A stretch of DNA of 32,000 nt from Wigglesworthia glossinidia endosymbiont of Glossina brevipalpis. GTDB lineage: Bacteria; Pseudomonadota; Gammaproteobacteria; Enterobacterales; Enterobacteriaceae. The notes beneath the pieces were generated by a model, which saw nothing but the letters and a program-made list of their open reading frames with translations, did not search any database and had not been told where the DNA came from. Position numbers and translations under genes: made by a program. The stretch spans positions 570,001 to 602,000 of the forward strand of contig BA000021.3 of the NCBI GenBank assembly GCA_000008885.1, written 5' to 3'. This document shows positions 1 through 10,633 of this stretch, in pieces. Position 1 is the first letter of the stretch, and each line of letters opens with the position of its first letter.

Positions 1-849
1 GTTTTAATGGGAATTATTATTTTAGGAGAAAAAGTAATAATTAAGTTCATGAGTTTTTTAGTAATTCCATTTATACTTTCTTTAATTTTTTTTTCTTTTT
101 ATATAATTCAATTTTGGAATTATTCATTATTTTATGAAATAAAAAATATTTTTAATTTAGATATAAATAGTTTATTAAAAATTATTTGGTATATTATACC
201 TGTAACTGTATTTTCATTTAATCATTCTCCTATAATATCTTCTTTTGCAGTTTTCAAAAAAAGAGAATGTAGTAATTGTTGCGAAAAAACATGCTCTAAA
301 ATACTATTTTATAGTAATTTATTAATGATTTTTACAGTAATTTTCTTTGTATTTAGTTGCATACTTAGTGTTCCTAGAGAAGCTATGCAAGAAGCAAAAG
401 ATAAAAATTTATCTGTATTATCTTATTTTTCAATATATTTTGAAGATAATTTAATGAATTTTTTAGGCCCTATCATAGCTATTATTGCTATAATAAAATC
501 TTTTTTTGGTCATTATTTAGGAGCTAAAGAAAGCATCAATAAAATATTAATGACGACTTTTCCTAAATTAAAAAATAAAAAAAGAACATATTTAACAAAT
601 TTTACAACTAACTCTTTAATATTTACTAGTTCTTGGATTATTGCAATATTTAATCCTAGTATTTTAAATATAATAGAAGCAATAATTGGACCTATTATTT
701 CTATAATTTTATTTTTAATTCCTGCATATTCAATATATAAAGTTCCTAATATGAAACGTTATAAAAAAGAAAAATTTACTAATTTATTTTTATTTGTTAT
801 TGGAATTTTTTCATTTTTAGCTATGATGCATAAATTGATTATATTTTAA
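1..849 (+). CDS. sdaC: Serine/proton symporter SdaC-like (HAAAP family), 5' end truncated by the window edge
   Basis: Frame open from base 1. Protein contains FNHSPIISSFAV, FFVFSCILS, SVLSYFSIYFE, PIIAIIAIIKSFFGHYLGA and NPSILNIIEAIIGPI, matching the C-terminal two thirds of E. coli SdaC. Confidence 0.85.
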   Translation, partial: VLMGIIILGEKVIIKFMSFLVIPFILSLIFFSFYIIQFWNYSLFYEIKNIFNLDINSLLKIIWYIIPVTVFSFNHSPIISSFAVFKKRECSNCCEKTCSKILFYSNLLMIFTVIFFVFSCILSVPREAMQEAKDKNLSVLSYFSIYFEDNLMNFLGPIIAIIAIIKSFFGHYLGAKESINKILMTTFPKLKNKKRTYLTNFTTNSLIFTSSWIIAIFNPSILNIIEAIIGPIISIILFLIPAYSIYKVPNMKRYKKEKFTNLFLFVIGIFSFLAMMHKLIIF

Positions 850-865
850 TAAATTTAATAAAAAA

Positions 866-2245
866 TTATAAAAAAAAAGGATTAGGTTCAAATAAAAGTT
901 CTATGTCTTTTATAAATTTTTTATCAGTTAAAAAAATAATAAAATGATCGTTTTGTTGAACTGGGTTATAATTTTTTTCAGAAATAATTTCTGAATTTCT
1001 AATAATTGCGCCTATAATTGTTCCAGGAGGGAATTTAATTTCATATAGTGATTTTCCAATAACTTGAGAAGTACTTTCGTCACCTCTTGTTACAGCTTCT
1101 ACTACTTCTGCTAAACCATGTCTAATAGAAAAAATATTTACTATACTTTTATTTTTTAAGTATTTAAAAAAATCAGAAATTGTTGACTCCTGAGGGGATA
1201 TTGAAATATCAATGATACTTTTTTGCATCAAATCAGCATAAGCTCTTCTTTGTATCAAAACTAATACTTTTTTAGCTCCCATTTTTTTAGCTAACATTGC
1301 AGACATGATGTTAACTTCATCATCATTAGTAATAGAAATAAAAACTTCTACTTGTTCTATATTTTCTTGCATTAAAAGTTCTTCGTTGGAAGCATCTCCA
1401 TAAAATACCGTAGTATTTTTTAATTTTTTTGCTAGTTCTGATGCACGTTTTTGATCTATTTCTATTAACTTAACTTGATAATTTTTATCAAGTTTATCAG
1501 CTAACATAGCCCCTATATTTCCACCTCCAACTATCATAATTCTTTTGTATGGTTTTTCATATTTTTGTAATTCATTGACTATTAATTTTATATTTTGAGA
1601 TATAGTTATGAAAAATATTTCATCTCCTGTTTGCAGCTCTGTGGAAAGCTCTGGGAGAATAAATTTTTTATTTCTATAAACTGCTGCTATTTTCATTCCA
1701 GATTCTATTACTGAATCCGGAAACATAGAAATTATATTTTCTATTAATTTTATTTCTGGATCATCTAATTTAATAGCTAATAAATTAATATTTTTATTAG
1801 AAAAAATAGTAATTTGTAAAGCTCCTGGATATTCAATTAAATTACAAATATTATTTGCTATTGTCATTTCTGGAGAAATTACATGATCAATTGGTATTGA
1901 AGCTGGGCTGAATAACTTGCAAGATTCTTGTATATAATCAGAAGATCTAATTCTAGCAATACGATTTGGAGTTTTGAATAATGTATAAGCAATATGACAT
2001 GCTAAAATATTTATTTCATCAGAATATGTAACTGCTATCAACATATCCGCATCTTCTGCTTGCGCATCTTTTAAAACATTAGGATAAGAAGCGTGCCCCT
2101 TAATTGTTTTAAGATCATATTTTTCTTGCAATTGTTTCAATTTATATGAATTTATATCTACAATAGTAATATCATTATTATAATTAGATAAATTTTCAGC
2201 TAAAGTCCCACCTACTTGTCCTGCTCCCAATATAATTATTTTCAT
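866..2245 (-). CDS. trkA: Trk system potassium uptake protein TrkA
   Basis: 459 aa, MKIIILGAGQVGGTLAENL start, two RCK/Rossmann repeats (IMIVGGGNIGAMLADKL), length near that of E. coli TrkA. Confidence 0.95.
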   Translation of the reverse strand: MKIIILGAGQVGGTLAENLSNYNNDITIVDINSYKLKQLQEKYDLKTIKGHASYPNVLKDAQAEDADMLIAVTYSDEINILACHIAYTLFKTPNRIARIRSSDYIQESCKLFSPASIPIDHVISPEMTIANNICNLIEYPGALQITIFSNKNINLLAIKLDDPEIKLIENIISMFPDSVIESGMKIAAVYRNKKFILPELSTELQTGDEIFFITISQNIKLIVNELQKYEKPYKRIMIVGGGNIGAMLADKLDKNYQVKLIEIDQKRASELAKKLKNTTVFYGDASNEELLMQENIEQVEVFISITNDDEVNIMSAMLAKKMGAKKVLVLIQRRAYADLMQKSIIDISISPQESTISDFFKYLKNKSIVNIFSIRHGLAEVVEAVTRGDESTSQVIGKSLYEIKFPPGTIIGAIIRNSEIISEKNYNPVQQNDHFIIFLTDKKFIKDIELLFEPNPFFL

Positions 2246-2298
2246 ATTTTTTATGATTTAATTTAATGCTAATAATATTAAAAATTTTTATATAAAAA

Positions 2299-3258
2299 TT
2301 ATTGTATAATATTACCAGTAATAAATAATTTTTTATACAAACATAAAGACTCTTTAACAAAAGAACGTTTTTTTCCTGATAATTGTAATACTTCTAATAT
2401 AAGAATTCCTTTTCCTGTTCCTACATGTATTCCGTCAGAATTTACATTTAATATTTTTCCTGGGTCAGATATAAAAATATTATTTATATCAATTTTTGCT
2501 TTCCAAGCTCTTATATATTTTCCTGAAATCCAAAAATAGCTTACAGGCCATGGATTAAAAGCTCTAATATTTCTATCTATATTTATAGCTGGCAAATTCC
2601 AATTAATTTTAGCTTCTTTTTTATTAATTTTTTTTGCATAAGTAGCAATTGAATTATTTTGATATTGTAAATTATATTTTCCAATAGAAATTTGATGTAA
2701 TAATTGAATTATAGCAGCTTTTCCTATAATAGATAATTTATTTAACAATGTCTCTGTTGTATCTGTATCTTGAATGCTGCATACTCTTTTATATAAAATA
2801 GGACCAGTATCAATCTCATCATTCATTTTTATAATTGTAATTCCTGTTGTTTTATCTCCTGATTGCAATGCTCTATGTATAGGAGCTGCTCCACGCCATC
2901 TTGGAAGCAAAGAACTATGTAAATTTATACATCCTAATCTTGGTAAAGATAAAATTTTTTTTGACAAAATAATACTGTATGAAACGACTATTATTATATC
3001 ACAACGCATTTTTTTTAAATCATTTTCTAAATTATCTAAAGATTCAGTAGAATCAGGTTGAAGTATTTTAATATTATAGTATTTTGCTAATTTTTTGACT
3101 GGGCTAAATTTAATTTTATGCCCTCTTCCTGAAAAACGATCTGGATTTGCCAATATTCCAACTACAACATGCCTTGATTCTAATAAAGCATATAAAAATT
3201 CATAAGAAAACTGAGATGTTCCAGCAAAAACAATACGAAGAGATTTAGATGAATTCAT
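2299..3258 (-). CDS. fmt: Methionyl-tRNA formyltransferase
   Basis: 319 aa; IVFAGT, PDRFSGRG, SPVKKLA, LGCINLHSSLLPRWRGAAPIHRAL, IRAFNPWPVSYF; adjacent to def. Confidence 0.96.
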   Translation of the reverse strand: MNSSKSLRIVFAGTSQFSYEFLYALLESRHVVVGILANPDRFSGRGHKIKFSPVKKLAKYYNIKILQPDSTESLDNLENDLKKMRCDIIIVVSYSIILSKKILSLPRLGCINLHSSLLPRWRGAAPIHRALQSGDKTTGITIIKMNDEIDTGPILYKRVCSIQDTDTTETLLNKLSIIGKAAIIQLLHQISIGKYNLQYQNNSIATYAKKINKKEAKINWNLPAINIDRNIRAFNPWPVSYFWISGKYIRAWKAKIDINNIFISDPGKILNVNSDGIHVGTGKGILILEVLQLSGKKRSFVKESLCLYKKLFITGNIIQ

Positions 3259-3307
3259 ATCTATCCTGTTAAATTTTGCATTATTTATATTTTTTAAATT
3301 ATTCGTT

Positions 3308-3766
3308 TTAATTTTTTAAAGGTTTTATGTAGTCTATAAATAATTTTCCAATAAGATGATCCATTTCATGTTGAATACATGTTGCAAGTAATCCTTTTGA
3401 TTTTAACAAGAATTCTTCTCCTAAACAATTTATAGCTTTTATTTTTACTTTTTTTGATCTATTAACAAAAGCTGTTTTTTTTGGAATAGATAAACATCCT
3501 TCTTCAAAGGTTTGGGCTCCACATTTATTAATAAATACAGGATTAATTAATATTAATGGTTTATTCTTATTTTTTGAAATATCAATTACTATAATTCTTT
3601 TATGTACATCCACTTGAGTAGCAGCTAATCCTATTCCTTCATTAAAATACATTGTTTCTAACATATTTTTAATTAGACTTTTTATTTCACTGTCAATTAA
3701 TGAAATATTAGACGCTATTTTTCTTAATTTTTTGTTTGGATAATTTAATATTGATAGTACAGACAT
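3308..3766 (-). CDS. def: Peptide deformylase
   Basis: 152 aa; GIGLAATQVDVHKRI, EEGCLS and QHEMDHLIGKLFIDY, the three PDF motifs. Confidence 0.96.
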   Translation of the reverse strand: MSVLSILNYPNKKLRKIASNISLIDSEIKSLIKNMLETMYFNEGIGLAATQVDVHKRIIVIDISKNKNKPLILINPVFINKCGAQTFEEGCLSIPKKTAFVNRSKKVKIKAINCLGEEFLLKSKGLLATCIQHEMDHLIGKLFIDYIKPLKN

Positions 3767-4054
3767 ATAATTATATTATTTTTTTATAAAGTTTGTTTTT
3801 TTAATATTAAAAATTTTTAAAAACTTAGTATATCAATTTTATTTAAAAAATTAAAAATTTTTAATTTTTTATTAAAAAATAATAATAAATATTATTGATA
3901 ATTTTAAATTTATTTTATTTTTAAATCAATTATTATATTAATATTAAATAATTTTTATTAATAAATAATAATTTTTAATTATTTAATATAAAAAATTTTT
4001 AAAAAATTAAAAAATATAAAAAATTAATAGTTGCTATATTTTACAATAAAAAAC

Positions 4055-4615
4055 ATGAAATTTAGAAATTTAATGAAAATAATAAATGCTCTTCGTGAAG
4101 AAGAAGTTGTTGCATATCCTACTGAGTCAATGTTTGGGTTAGGATGTGATCCAGATTCAATATCTGCTGTAAATAAATTAATATATTTAAAAAAAAGAAA
4201 AATAAACAAAGGATTTATTATTGTTGCTGCTAATATCTCTCAATTAAATAATTATATTGATTGTACATCATTGTCAAAAAATAATTTAAATAAAATTTTT
4301 TGCACTTGGCCTGGTTTTATAACATGGCTAATGCCTCCAAAAAAAGACATTCCTTGTTGGTTAATTGGAAATAATTCTTTGATAGCTGTTAGAGTAAGTA
4401 ATTTTTTTCCTATTAAAAAAATTTGTAATATATTTGGAAAACCTATAATATCAACAAGCGCTAATTTATCTGGAGAAATTCCTGCAAAAAATATAAAAGA
4501 AATCAAGCATAAACTAGGAAGTAAAATAATAATTTTAGATCATCCTATAGGTAAATATTCCAATCCTTCTGAAATTAGAAATGGAATTAATTATAAAATA
4601 ATTAGAAAAGGTTAG
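4055..4615 (+). CDS. tsaC: L-threonylcarbamoyladenylate synthase (YrdC/TsaC)
   Basis: VVAYPTESMFGLGCDPDS, KGFIIVAANISQL, WPGFITWLMP, SLIAVRVS, PIISTSANLSGE, NPSEIRN. ORF track begins at TTG 4031; ATG at 4055 is the more likely start. Confidence 0.92.
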   Translation: MKFRNLMKIINALREEEVVAYPTESMFGLGCDPDSISAVNKLIYLKKRKINKGFIIVAANISQLNNYIDCTSLSKNNLNKIFCTWPGFITWLMPPKKDIPCWLIGNNSLIAVRVSNFFPIKKICNIFGKPIISTSANLSGEIPAKNIKEIKHKLGSKIIILDHPIGKYSNPSEIRNGINYKIIRKG

Positions 4616-4804
4616 ATTTTAATTTATAAAAATAATTTTTATTTTATTTTAAACATAAAATACAATAAAATAATTTGTTAAATTAAAAATAAACATTTAA
4701 CAATAAATATATTAAAATTAAAACAATAATTATTTATAAAACTTATAATTTAATATAATTAATATTTTATTTATTAATTAAATAATTTAATAATTTTAAA
4801 AGTC

Positions 4805-5536
4805 ATGATAGCTATTTTGCGTATATTTATATTATTTTTTTTATCAATTTTTATATGTATTTTTGGATCAATATATTGTGCATTATACAAACCTTGCAAC
4901 CCTAAACACGCTTATACATTTGGAAAATTATTTGGATATATGTCTTTTTTATTTGGGATAAAACTTTGTATTCGTTATCCTAAAAATATTGTTCTTCCTT
5001 CAAAATGTGTTTATATTTCAAATCATCAAAATAATTTTGATATGATAACAGTTTCTAGGGCTATACAAAAAAATACAATTACGATTGGTAAAAAAAGTTT
5101 AATATGGATTCCATTTTTTGGTATATTATACTGGATATCAGGAAATTTACTAATAAATAGAAAAAATAAATTTAATTTAAAAAAAAATTTAAATAATATA
5201 TCAAATATAATAATTAAAAAAAAAATTTCCGTTTGGATTTTCCCAGAAGGTACTAGAAGTAAAATAAAAAATTTATTGCCATTTAAAATTGGAGCTTTTT
5301 ATATTGCATTAAATTCTAGAGTTCCCATTATTCCAATTTGCGTATCCGATACATCTAAAATTAAAATAAATAAATATAAAAATGGTAAAGTAATAGTAGA
5401 AATATTACCTCCAATTGATACTAAAAATTATAATATTAAACAAGTTAGAAATCTAACAGAACATTGTCGATTATTAATGCAAAAAAAAATAAATGAAATA
5501 AATGAAGAAATTATTTCAGAAAAATTAAAAAAATAA
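4805..5536 (+). CDS. plsC: 1-acyl-sn-glycerol-3-phosphate acyltransferase
   Basis: 243 aa; SNHQNNFDM (HX4D-type block), WIFPEGTRSK and VPIIPICVS acyltransferase motifs. Confidence 0.92.
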   Translation: MIAILRIFILFFLSIFICIFGSIYCALYKPCNPKHAYTFGKLFGYMSFLFGIKLCIRYPKNIVLPSKCVYISNHQNNFDMITVSRAIQKNTITIGKKSLIWIPFFGILYWISGNLLINRKNKFNLKKNLNNISNIIIKKKISVWIFPEGTRSKIKNLLPFKIGAFYIALNSRVPIIPICVSDTSKIKINKYKNGKVIVEILPPIDTKNYNIKQVRNLTEHCRLLMQKKINEINEEIISEKLKK

Positions 5537-5695
5537 ATTTTAAAAGTTTATTTAATAAATAAAAATTCTTTAAAATAAAATAACATTTGATATAATGTAT
5601 CTTTTCATAAAAAATTGATTTAATAATTATTATTGATAATTTTTTAAATTAGTAAATTTTATTAAATTAATTATATAAATAATTTTTATAATTTT

Positions 5696-7093
5696 ATGTT
5701 TAAATATACAAAAAACAACATTTATAAATCATCTAAATTTAATTTAAGCAAATTTAAAATTCCTCCTCATTCTTTAGAAGCAGAACAATCTATATTAGGC
5801 GGTTTGATGTTGAATAACAACCATTGGGATAATATATCAGATAGAATAGATTTTAATGATTTTTTTAATAGATCACATCAATTAATTTTTAAAGAAATGT
5901 ATAAATTATTTGAAATAGGTAAGCCTATAGATTTAATTACAGTTTCGGAATCTTTAGAGCAAAAAGGGCAGCTAAAATTAATTGGAGGATTTGCTTATCT
6001 TGCAGAAATATCAAAAAATGTACCTAGCACTACAAATATTTTTGCATATTCTGAAATTGTAAGAGAAAGATCTTTGATTAGAAAAATCATAGAAGTATCT
6101 CAAGAAATATCTGATTCAGGTTATAATCCAAAAGGAAGAAGCGGAGAAGAAATATTAGATTTAGCAGAATCTAAAATATTTCAAATATCTGAAAATAAAA
6201 ACAAAAAAAACGAAGGACCAAAAAATATTGAATCTGTTTTGGCATATACTGTAAATAAAATAGAGAAGATATACAAAGAACCTAAAGGCGAAATTATTGG
6301 AATATCTAGTGGATATAAAGATTTAGACAAAAAAACTTATGGATTGCAAAAATCAGATCTTATTATAATAGCAGCTCGACCTTCAATGGGGAAAACAACT
6401 TTTGCTATTAACTTATGTGAAAATGCAGCTATGAATGAAAAAAAACCAGTATTAATTTTTAGCTTAGAAATGCCAGGAGAACAGATTATGATTAAAATTC
6501 TATCTTCTATTTCTAGAGTTGATCAAAGCAAATTAAGAACTGGACAATTAAATTCTGAAGATTGGTCTAGAATTTCTAATACTATTGAGATTTTATTAAA
6601 AAGAAAGAACATGTATATTGATGATTCTTCTAAGTTAACAGCAACAGAAATAAGGTCTAGAGCTAGAAGAATTTTTCGAGAACATAATGGATTGAGTTTA
6701 ATAATGATTGATTATTTGCAATTAATGCATGTTACTTCTTTGTTTAATAACAGAACATTAGAAATTGCAGAAATTTCTAGATCTTTGAAATCCTTAGCAA
6801 AAGAACTAAAAGTTCCAGTAATTGCTTTATCTCAATTAAATAGAAGTTTAGAACAAAGATCTGACAAAAGGCCAGTGAATTCAGATCTTAGAGAATCTGG
6901 ATCTATAGAACAAGACGCAGATTTAATTATGTTTATTTATAGAGACGAAGTATATAATGAAAATAGCGATATGAAAGGAATAGCAGAAATTATATTAGGA
7001 AAACAGAGGAATGGGCCTATAGGAACAATTAAATTAACATTTAATGGGAAATTATCAAGATTTGATAATTATTCATATAATTATTATGATTAA
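5696..7093 (+). CDS. dnaB: Replicative DNA helicase DnaB
   Basis: 465 aa; PHSLEAEQSILGGLM, ARPSMGKTTFAINL Walker A, MIDYLQLM, ALSQLNRSLEQR, GKQRNGPIGT. Confidence 0.97.
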   Translation: MFKYTKNNIYKSSKFNLSKFKIPPHSLEAEQSILGGLMLNNNHWDNISDRIDFNDFFNRSHQLIFKEMYKLFEIGKPIDLITVSESLEQKGQLKLIGGFAYLAEISKNVPSTTNIFAYSEIVRERSLIRKIIEVSQEISDSGYNPKGRSGEEILDLAESKIFQISENKNKKNEGPKNIESVLAYTVNKIEKIYKEPKGEIIGISSGYKDLDKKTYGLQKSDLIIIAARPSMGKTTFAINLCENAAMNEKKPVLIFSLEMPGEQIMIKILSSISRVDQSKLRTGQLNSEDWSRISNTIEILLKRKNMYIDDSSKLTATEIRSRARRIFREHNGLSLIMIDYLQLMHVTSLFNNRTLEIAEISRSLKSLAKELKVPVIALSQLNRSLEQRSDKRPVNSDLRESGSIEQDADLIMFIYRDEVYNENSDMKGIAEIILGKQRNGPIGTIKLTFNGKLSRFDNYSYNYYD

Positions 7094-7154
7094 TATTAAA
7101 AATATTTTAATATAAAATTATTATATTAATAAATATTATTATTTGGAGAGCAGT

Positions 7155-7646
7155 ATGACTAGCAGAGGGATAAATAAAGTAATATTAATAGGAAATTTAG
7201 GCCAAGATCCAGAAGTACGTTATATTCCAAATGGAAATGCAATTACTAATCTTTCATTAGCTACATCTGAAAATTGGAGAGATAAAAATACAGGAGAATC
7301 AAAAGAAAAAACAGAATGGCATAGAGTAATTTTGTTTGGCAAATTAGCAGAAGTTGCAGGTGAATATTTAAAAAAAGGATCTCAAGTATATATAGAAGGA
7401 AACTTGCAAACTAGAAAGTGGCAAGATCAAAATGGACAAGATAGATATATAACAGAAATAGTAGTAGGAATAAATGGATGCATGCAGATGCTAGGAAATC
7501 GAGCATCATATGATTATACAAAGCCAGAAGCAAAAGAGTGGAATAAAAAAAATAAGAATATTATAAATGAAAAACAAGATATTAAAGAAAGCAAAAAAAA
7601 TAAAATTGAAGAAGAAATAAATTTTGACGATGATATTCCATTTTAA
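7155..7646 (+). CDS. ssb: Single-stranded DNA-binding protein
   Basis: [23 protein letters not shown] matches the canonical SSB N-terminus; acidic tail ends in DDDIPF. The track starts at TTG 7143, but GGAG at 7145-7148 lies upstream of ATG 7155, so 7155 is preferred. Confidence 0.95.
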   Translation: MTSRGINKVILIGNLGQDPEVRYIPNGNAITNLSLATSENWRDKNTGESKEKTEWHRVILFGKLAEVAGEYLKKGSQVYIEGNLQTRKWQDQNGQDRYITEIVVGINGCMQMLGNRASYDYTKPEAKEWNKKNKNIINEKQDIKESKKNKIEEEINFDDDIPF

Positions 7647-7669
7647 TTTTAATAATTTTTATTAAAAAA

Positions 7670-8932
7670 TTACTTAAATGATTTATAAACTGGGTATTTA
7701 TAGCATAAATTTATTACTTTAATTTTAATATTATTAATTAATTTCTTATCGTTAATATTTTCTAATATATCGCATATCCATTCTGCAACTTTTTTGGATT
7801 CTATTTCTTTAAATCCCCTTTTAGTAATAGCAGGAGTTCCAATTCTTATACCAGAAGTTATTTTTGGATTTAATTTATCATTTGGTATGGAATTTTTATT
7901 TACAGTAATATTTGCTTTTTCTAAAATTTCAGACGCTAAATCACCTTTTAATCCAATATTAGATAAATTTAAAATAAATAAATGATTTTTAGTTCCACCA
8001 GAAACAACATGAAATTTTCTTTTCAAAAAAATTTCTACCATTGATTTAGAATTTTTTACTAATTGATGTTGATATTTTTTAAATTTTAAAGTCATAGCTT
8101 CTTTAAAAGCAACTGCTTTAGCAGCAATAATATGCATTAGAGGACCTCCTTGCGTTCCTGGGAAAACTGCAGAATCTAATTTTTTATAGAATTCATCATC
8201 TCCTTCTTTGGCTAGGATCAATCCACCTCTTGGTCCAGATAAAGTTTTATGAGTAGTTGTAGTAACAACATGCGCATAAGGAATAGCATTTGGATAAATT
8301 CCTGCAACTATTAAACCTGCTACATGTGATATATCTGCAAATAAATATGCTCCAACTTTGTCTGAAATAAATCTCATTTTTTTCCAATTAATAAAACCTG
8401 AATATGAAGAGAATCCACCAACAATCATTTTTGGACGATAATAATTTGCTAAATTTAATAATTTATTATAATCTAATTTTCCTTCTCCATTTACTCCATA
8501 TGATATAAATTTATACATTTTGCCAGAAAAATTAGCTTTAGATCCATGGGTTAAATGCCCTCCGTGATTTAATTTCATTCCTAAAACCAAATCTCCTGGA
8601 TTTAATAAAGCAGAGTAAACTGCAAAATTAGCTTGAGACCCAGAATGGGGTTGTACATTTACGTAATCTACATTAAATAATTTCTTTGCTCTTTTTATAG
8701 CTAAATCTTCGATTTCATCAATATATTTACATCCTCTATAATACCTATTTTTAGGATACCCTTCTGCATATTTATTTGTTAACAAAGAACCTTGCATTTG
8801 CATTACATATTTACTAGCATAATTTTCAGAAGCAATTAGCTCAATATGTTCTTCTTGTCTTATTATTTCTTTTTTAATAATGTTGTATATCTTTGTGTCG
8901 TATTTTTTGAAATTCTTGTAATATATATTCAT
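7670..8932 (-). CDS. glyA: Serine hydroxymethyltransferase
   Basis: 420 aa; [46 protein letters not shown]-lysine motif. Confidence 0.97.
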   Translation of the reverse strand: MNIYYKNFKKYDTKIYNIIKKEIIRQEEHIELIASENYASKYVMQMQGSLLTNKYAEGYPKNRYYRGCKYIDEIEDLAIKRAKKLFNVDYVNVQPHSGSQANFAVYSALLNPGDLVLGMKLNHGGHLTHGSKANFSGKMYKFISYGVNGEGKLDYNKLLNLANYYRPKMIVGGFSSYSGFINWKKMRFISDKVGAYLFADISHVAGLIVAGIYPNAIPYAHVVTTTTHKTLSGPRGGLILAKEGDDEFYKKLDSAVFPGTQGGPLMHIIAAKAVAFKEAMTLKFKKYQHQLVKNSKSMVEIFLKRKFHVVSGGTKNHLFILNLSNIGLKGDLASEILEKANITVNKNSIPNDKLNPKITSGIRIGTPAITKRGFKEIESKKVAEWICDILENINDKKLINNIKIKVINLCYKYPVYKSFK

Positions 8933-9177
8933 TTAATTTATAAAATTTAATAAAATAATAATTTTTTTAATTTAATATTAAATTAAATATTTAATTATAT
9001 CAATTTTTCATATTTTTGTATATTTTATAATATAAAAATTTATAAAAAAATAAACAATTTTAAAAATCTAACATGTTTAATTTTAATTAAAATTATTTAT
9101 AAAATGTTAAAATATTTAAATAAATTAAATTATTTAATAAAATAAAATATTTATAAAAACAAAAAGTATTACTATAT

Positions 9178-9834
9178 TTAATCTATTATTTTTATTCCAT
9201 TTTTTCCTGAAATAATAGCAATGTCTGCCGCTCTATGAGCAAAAAGACCTACTGATACAACCCCCGGTATATTGTTAATTTTTTCTTCTAAAAATAAAGA
9301 ATCAAGTATAATTAAATTATGTACGTCTAATAAAACATTTCCATTTTCTGTAATTATTCCTTTCCTATATTTCGGAGATCCTCCAATATCAATAATTTTT
9401 TTAGATACTAAAGTTCTAGCCATAGGTATAACTTCTATTGGCAAAGGAGCTCTTCCTAAAACATGTACGAATTTGCTACTATCTACTATACAAATAAATT
9501 TTTTTGCTGCAGATGCAATAATTTTTTCTCTTGTCAAAGCTGCCCCTTTGCCTTTTATCATATGTTTTTTTTGATTTATTTCGTCTGCTCCATCTACATA
9601 TATATTTAATAAACTTACTTCATTTAAGTCAAATAAAGGAATATTTAAATCTTTTAATTTAGAAGAAGATATTCTTGAACTTGATACAGTACCTTTTATT
9701 AGGTTTTTAATTGATCCTAACGCATCAATAAAATATTCCGCTGTGGAACCGCTACCTACTCCAACTATATCTCCTGGTTTAATGTATTTGATTGCAGCCC
9801 ATGCAGCTTGTTTTTTTAATTTTTCTTCTATCAC
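9178..9834 (-). CDS. rpiA: Ribose-5-phosphate isomerase A
   Basis: 218 aa; [36 protein letters not shown]. Confidence 0.96.
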   Translation of the reverse strand: MIEEKLKKQAAWAAIKYIKPGDIVGVGSGSTAEYFIDALGSIKNLIKGTVSSSRISSSKLKDLNIPLFDLNEVSLLNIYVDGADEINQKKHMIKGKGAALTREKIIASAAKKFICIVDSSKFVHVLGRAPLPIEVIPMARTLVSKKIIDIGGSPKYRKGIITENGNVLLDVHNLIILDSLFLEEKINNIPGVVSVGLFAHRAADIAIISGKNGIKIID

Positions 9835-10284
9835 TGAATTATTTATATTTAAATTTTACAATTATTCTATTACTTATAATATACATATTATAAATAATTT
9901 TTTCAAAAAAATTTATTTTAATATTAAATGTATAAATTTATCATTAATATATAATTTTTAAAAAAATTTTATCATGAAATAATTATTTAAAAATGCAAAA
10001 AAAAATATTAAATATTTTATTATTTAATAATTAATATAAACAAAAAATTATTTTTTAATTTTATATAATAATATAATTAACATTTATTTTTAAATATTAT
10101 TATAATAATAATACTATTCTAATATAATAAAAAATTTTTATTAAAAATATTAATTTAATTATATTAAATTCATAAAATATTAAAAATATAATAATATTGT
10201 ATAAATATTTTTATATAATATAAATATATTGATACTTGAATTTTATTATTTAGTATAATATTATATACAAACTAAAAAATATTT

Positions 10285-10614
10285 ATGGAAAATTTTGTGA
10301 TTTCAAGCAAGTTCGGAATAGGTCAACAAGTTCGACATAAACTTCTTGGATACTTAGGAGTAATAATAGATGTAGATCCGGAATATTCTTTAGAAAAACC
10401 CTCATTAGAAGAAATTTCTGCGGATGATAGCTTAAGGCGTTCTCCGTGGTACTATGTAGTAATGGAGGATGAAGATGGAAAACCAGTACATACTTATTTA
10501 GCAGAAGCTCAACTAGGTTATGAAATTTCTCCAGTACATCCAGAGCAACCTAAATTGGATGAATTATCAGCTTCTATAAAAAAGCAATTAAAAACTCCAA
10601 GATTAAGAAACTAA
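10285..10614 (+). CDS. hspQ: Heat shock protein HspQ (hemimethylated DNA-binding YccV family)
   Basis: [29 protein letters not shown] and [24 protein letters not shown] closely match E. coli HspQ, ending LKTPRLRN. Start could be ATG 10285 or GTG 10297. Confidence 0.95.
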   Translation: MENFVISSKFGIGQQVRHKLLGYLGVIIDVDPEYSLEKPSLEEISADDSLRRSPWYYVVMEDEDGKPVHTYLAEAQLGYEISPVHPEQPKLDELSASIKKQLKTPRLRN

Positions 10615-10633
10615 AAAGTTAAAGTAATAAAAT

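Noticed and set aside
2774-3061. Plus-strand ORF of 95 aa antisense to fmt
   Set aside because: Lies entirely within the strongly supported fmt gene, no recognisable motifs; antisense by-product of AT-rich codon usage.
4024-4506. Minus-strand ORFs (61 and 84 aa) overlapping tsaC
   Set aside because: Antisense to tsaC, no family resemblance.
9743-9961. Plus-strand 72-aa ORF overlapping the rpiA 5' end and upstream spacer
   Set aside because: Low-complexity Ile/Asn/Tyr-rich, mostly antisense to rpiA, no plausible ribosome binding site or motif.
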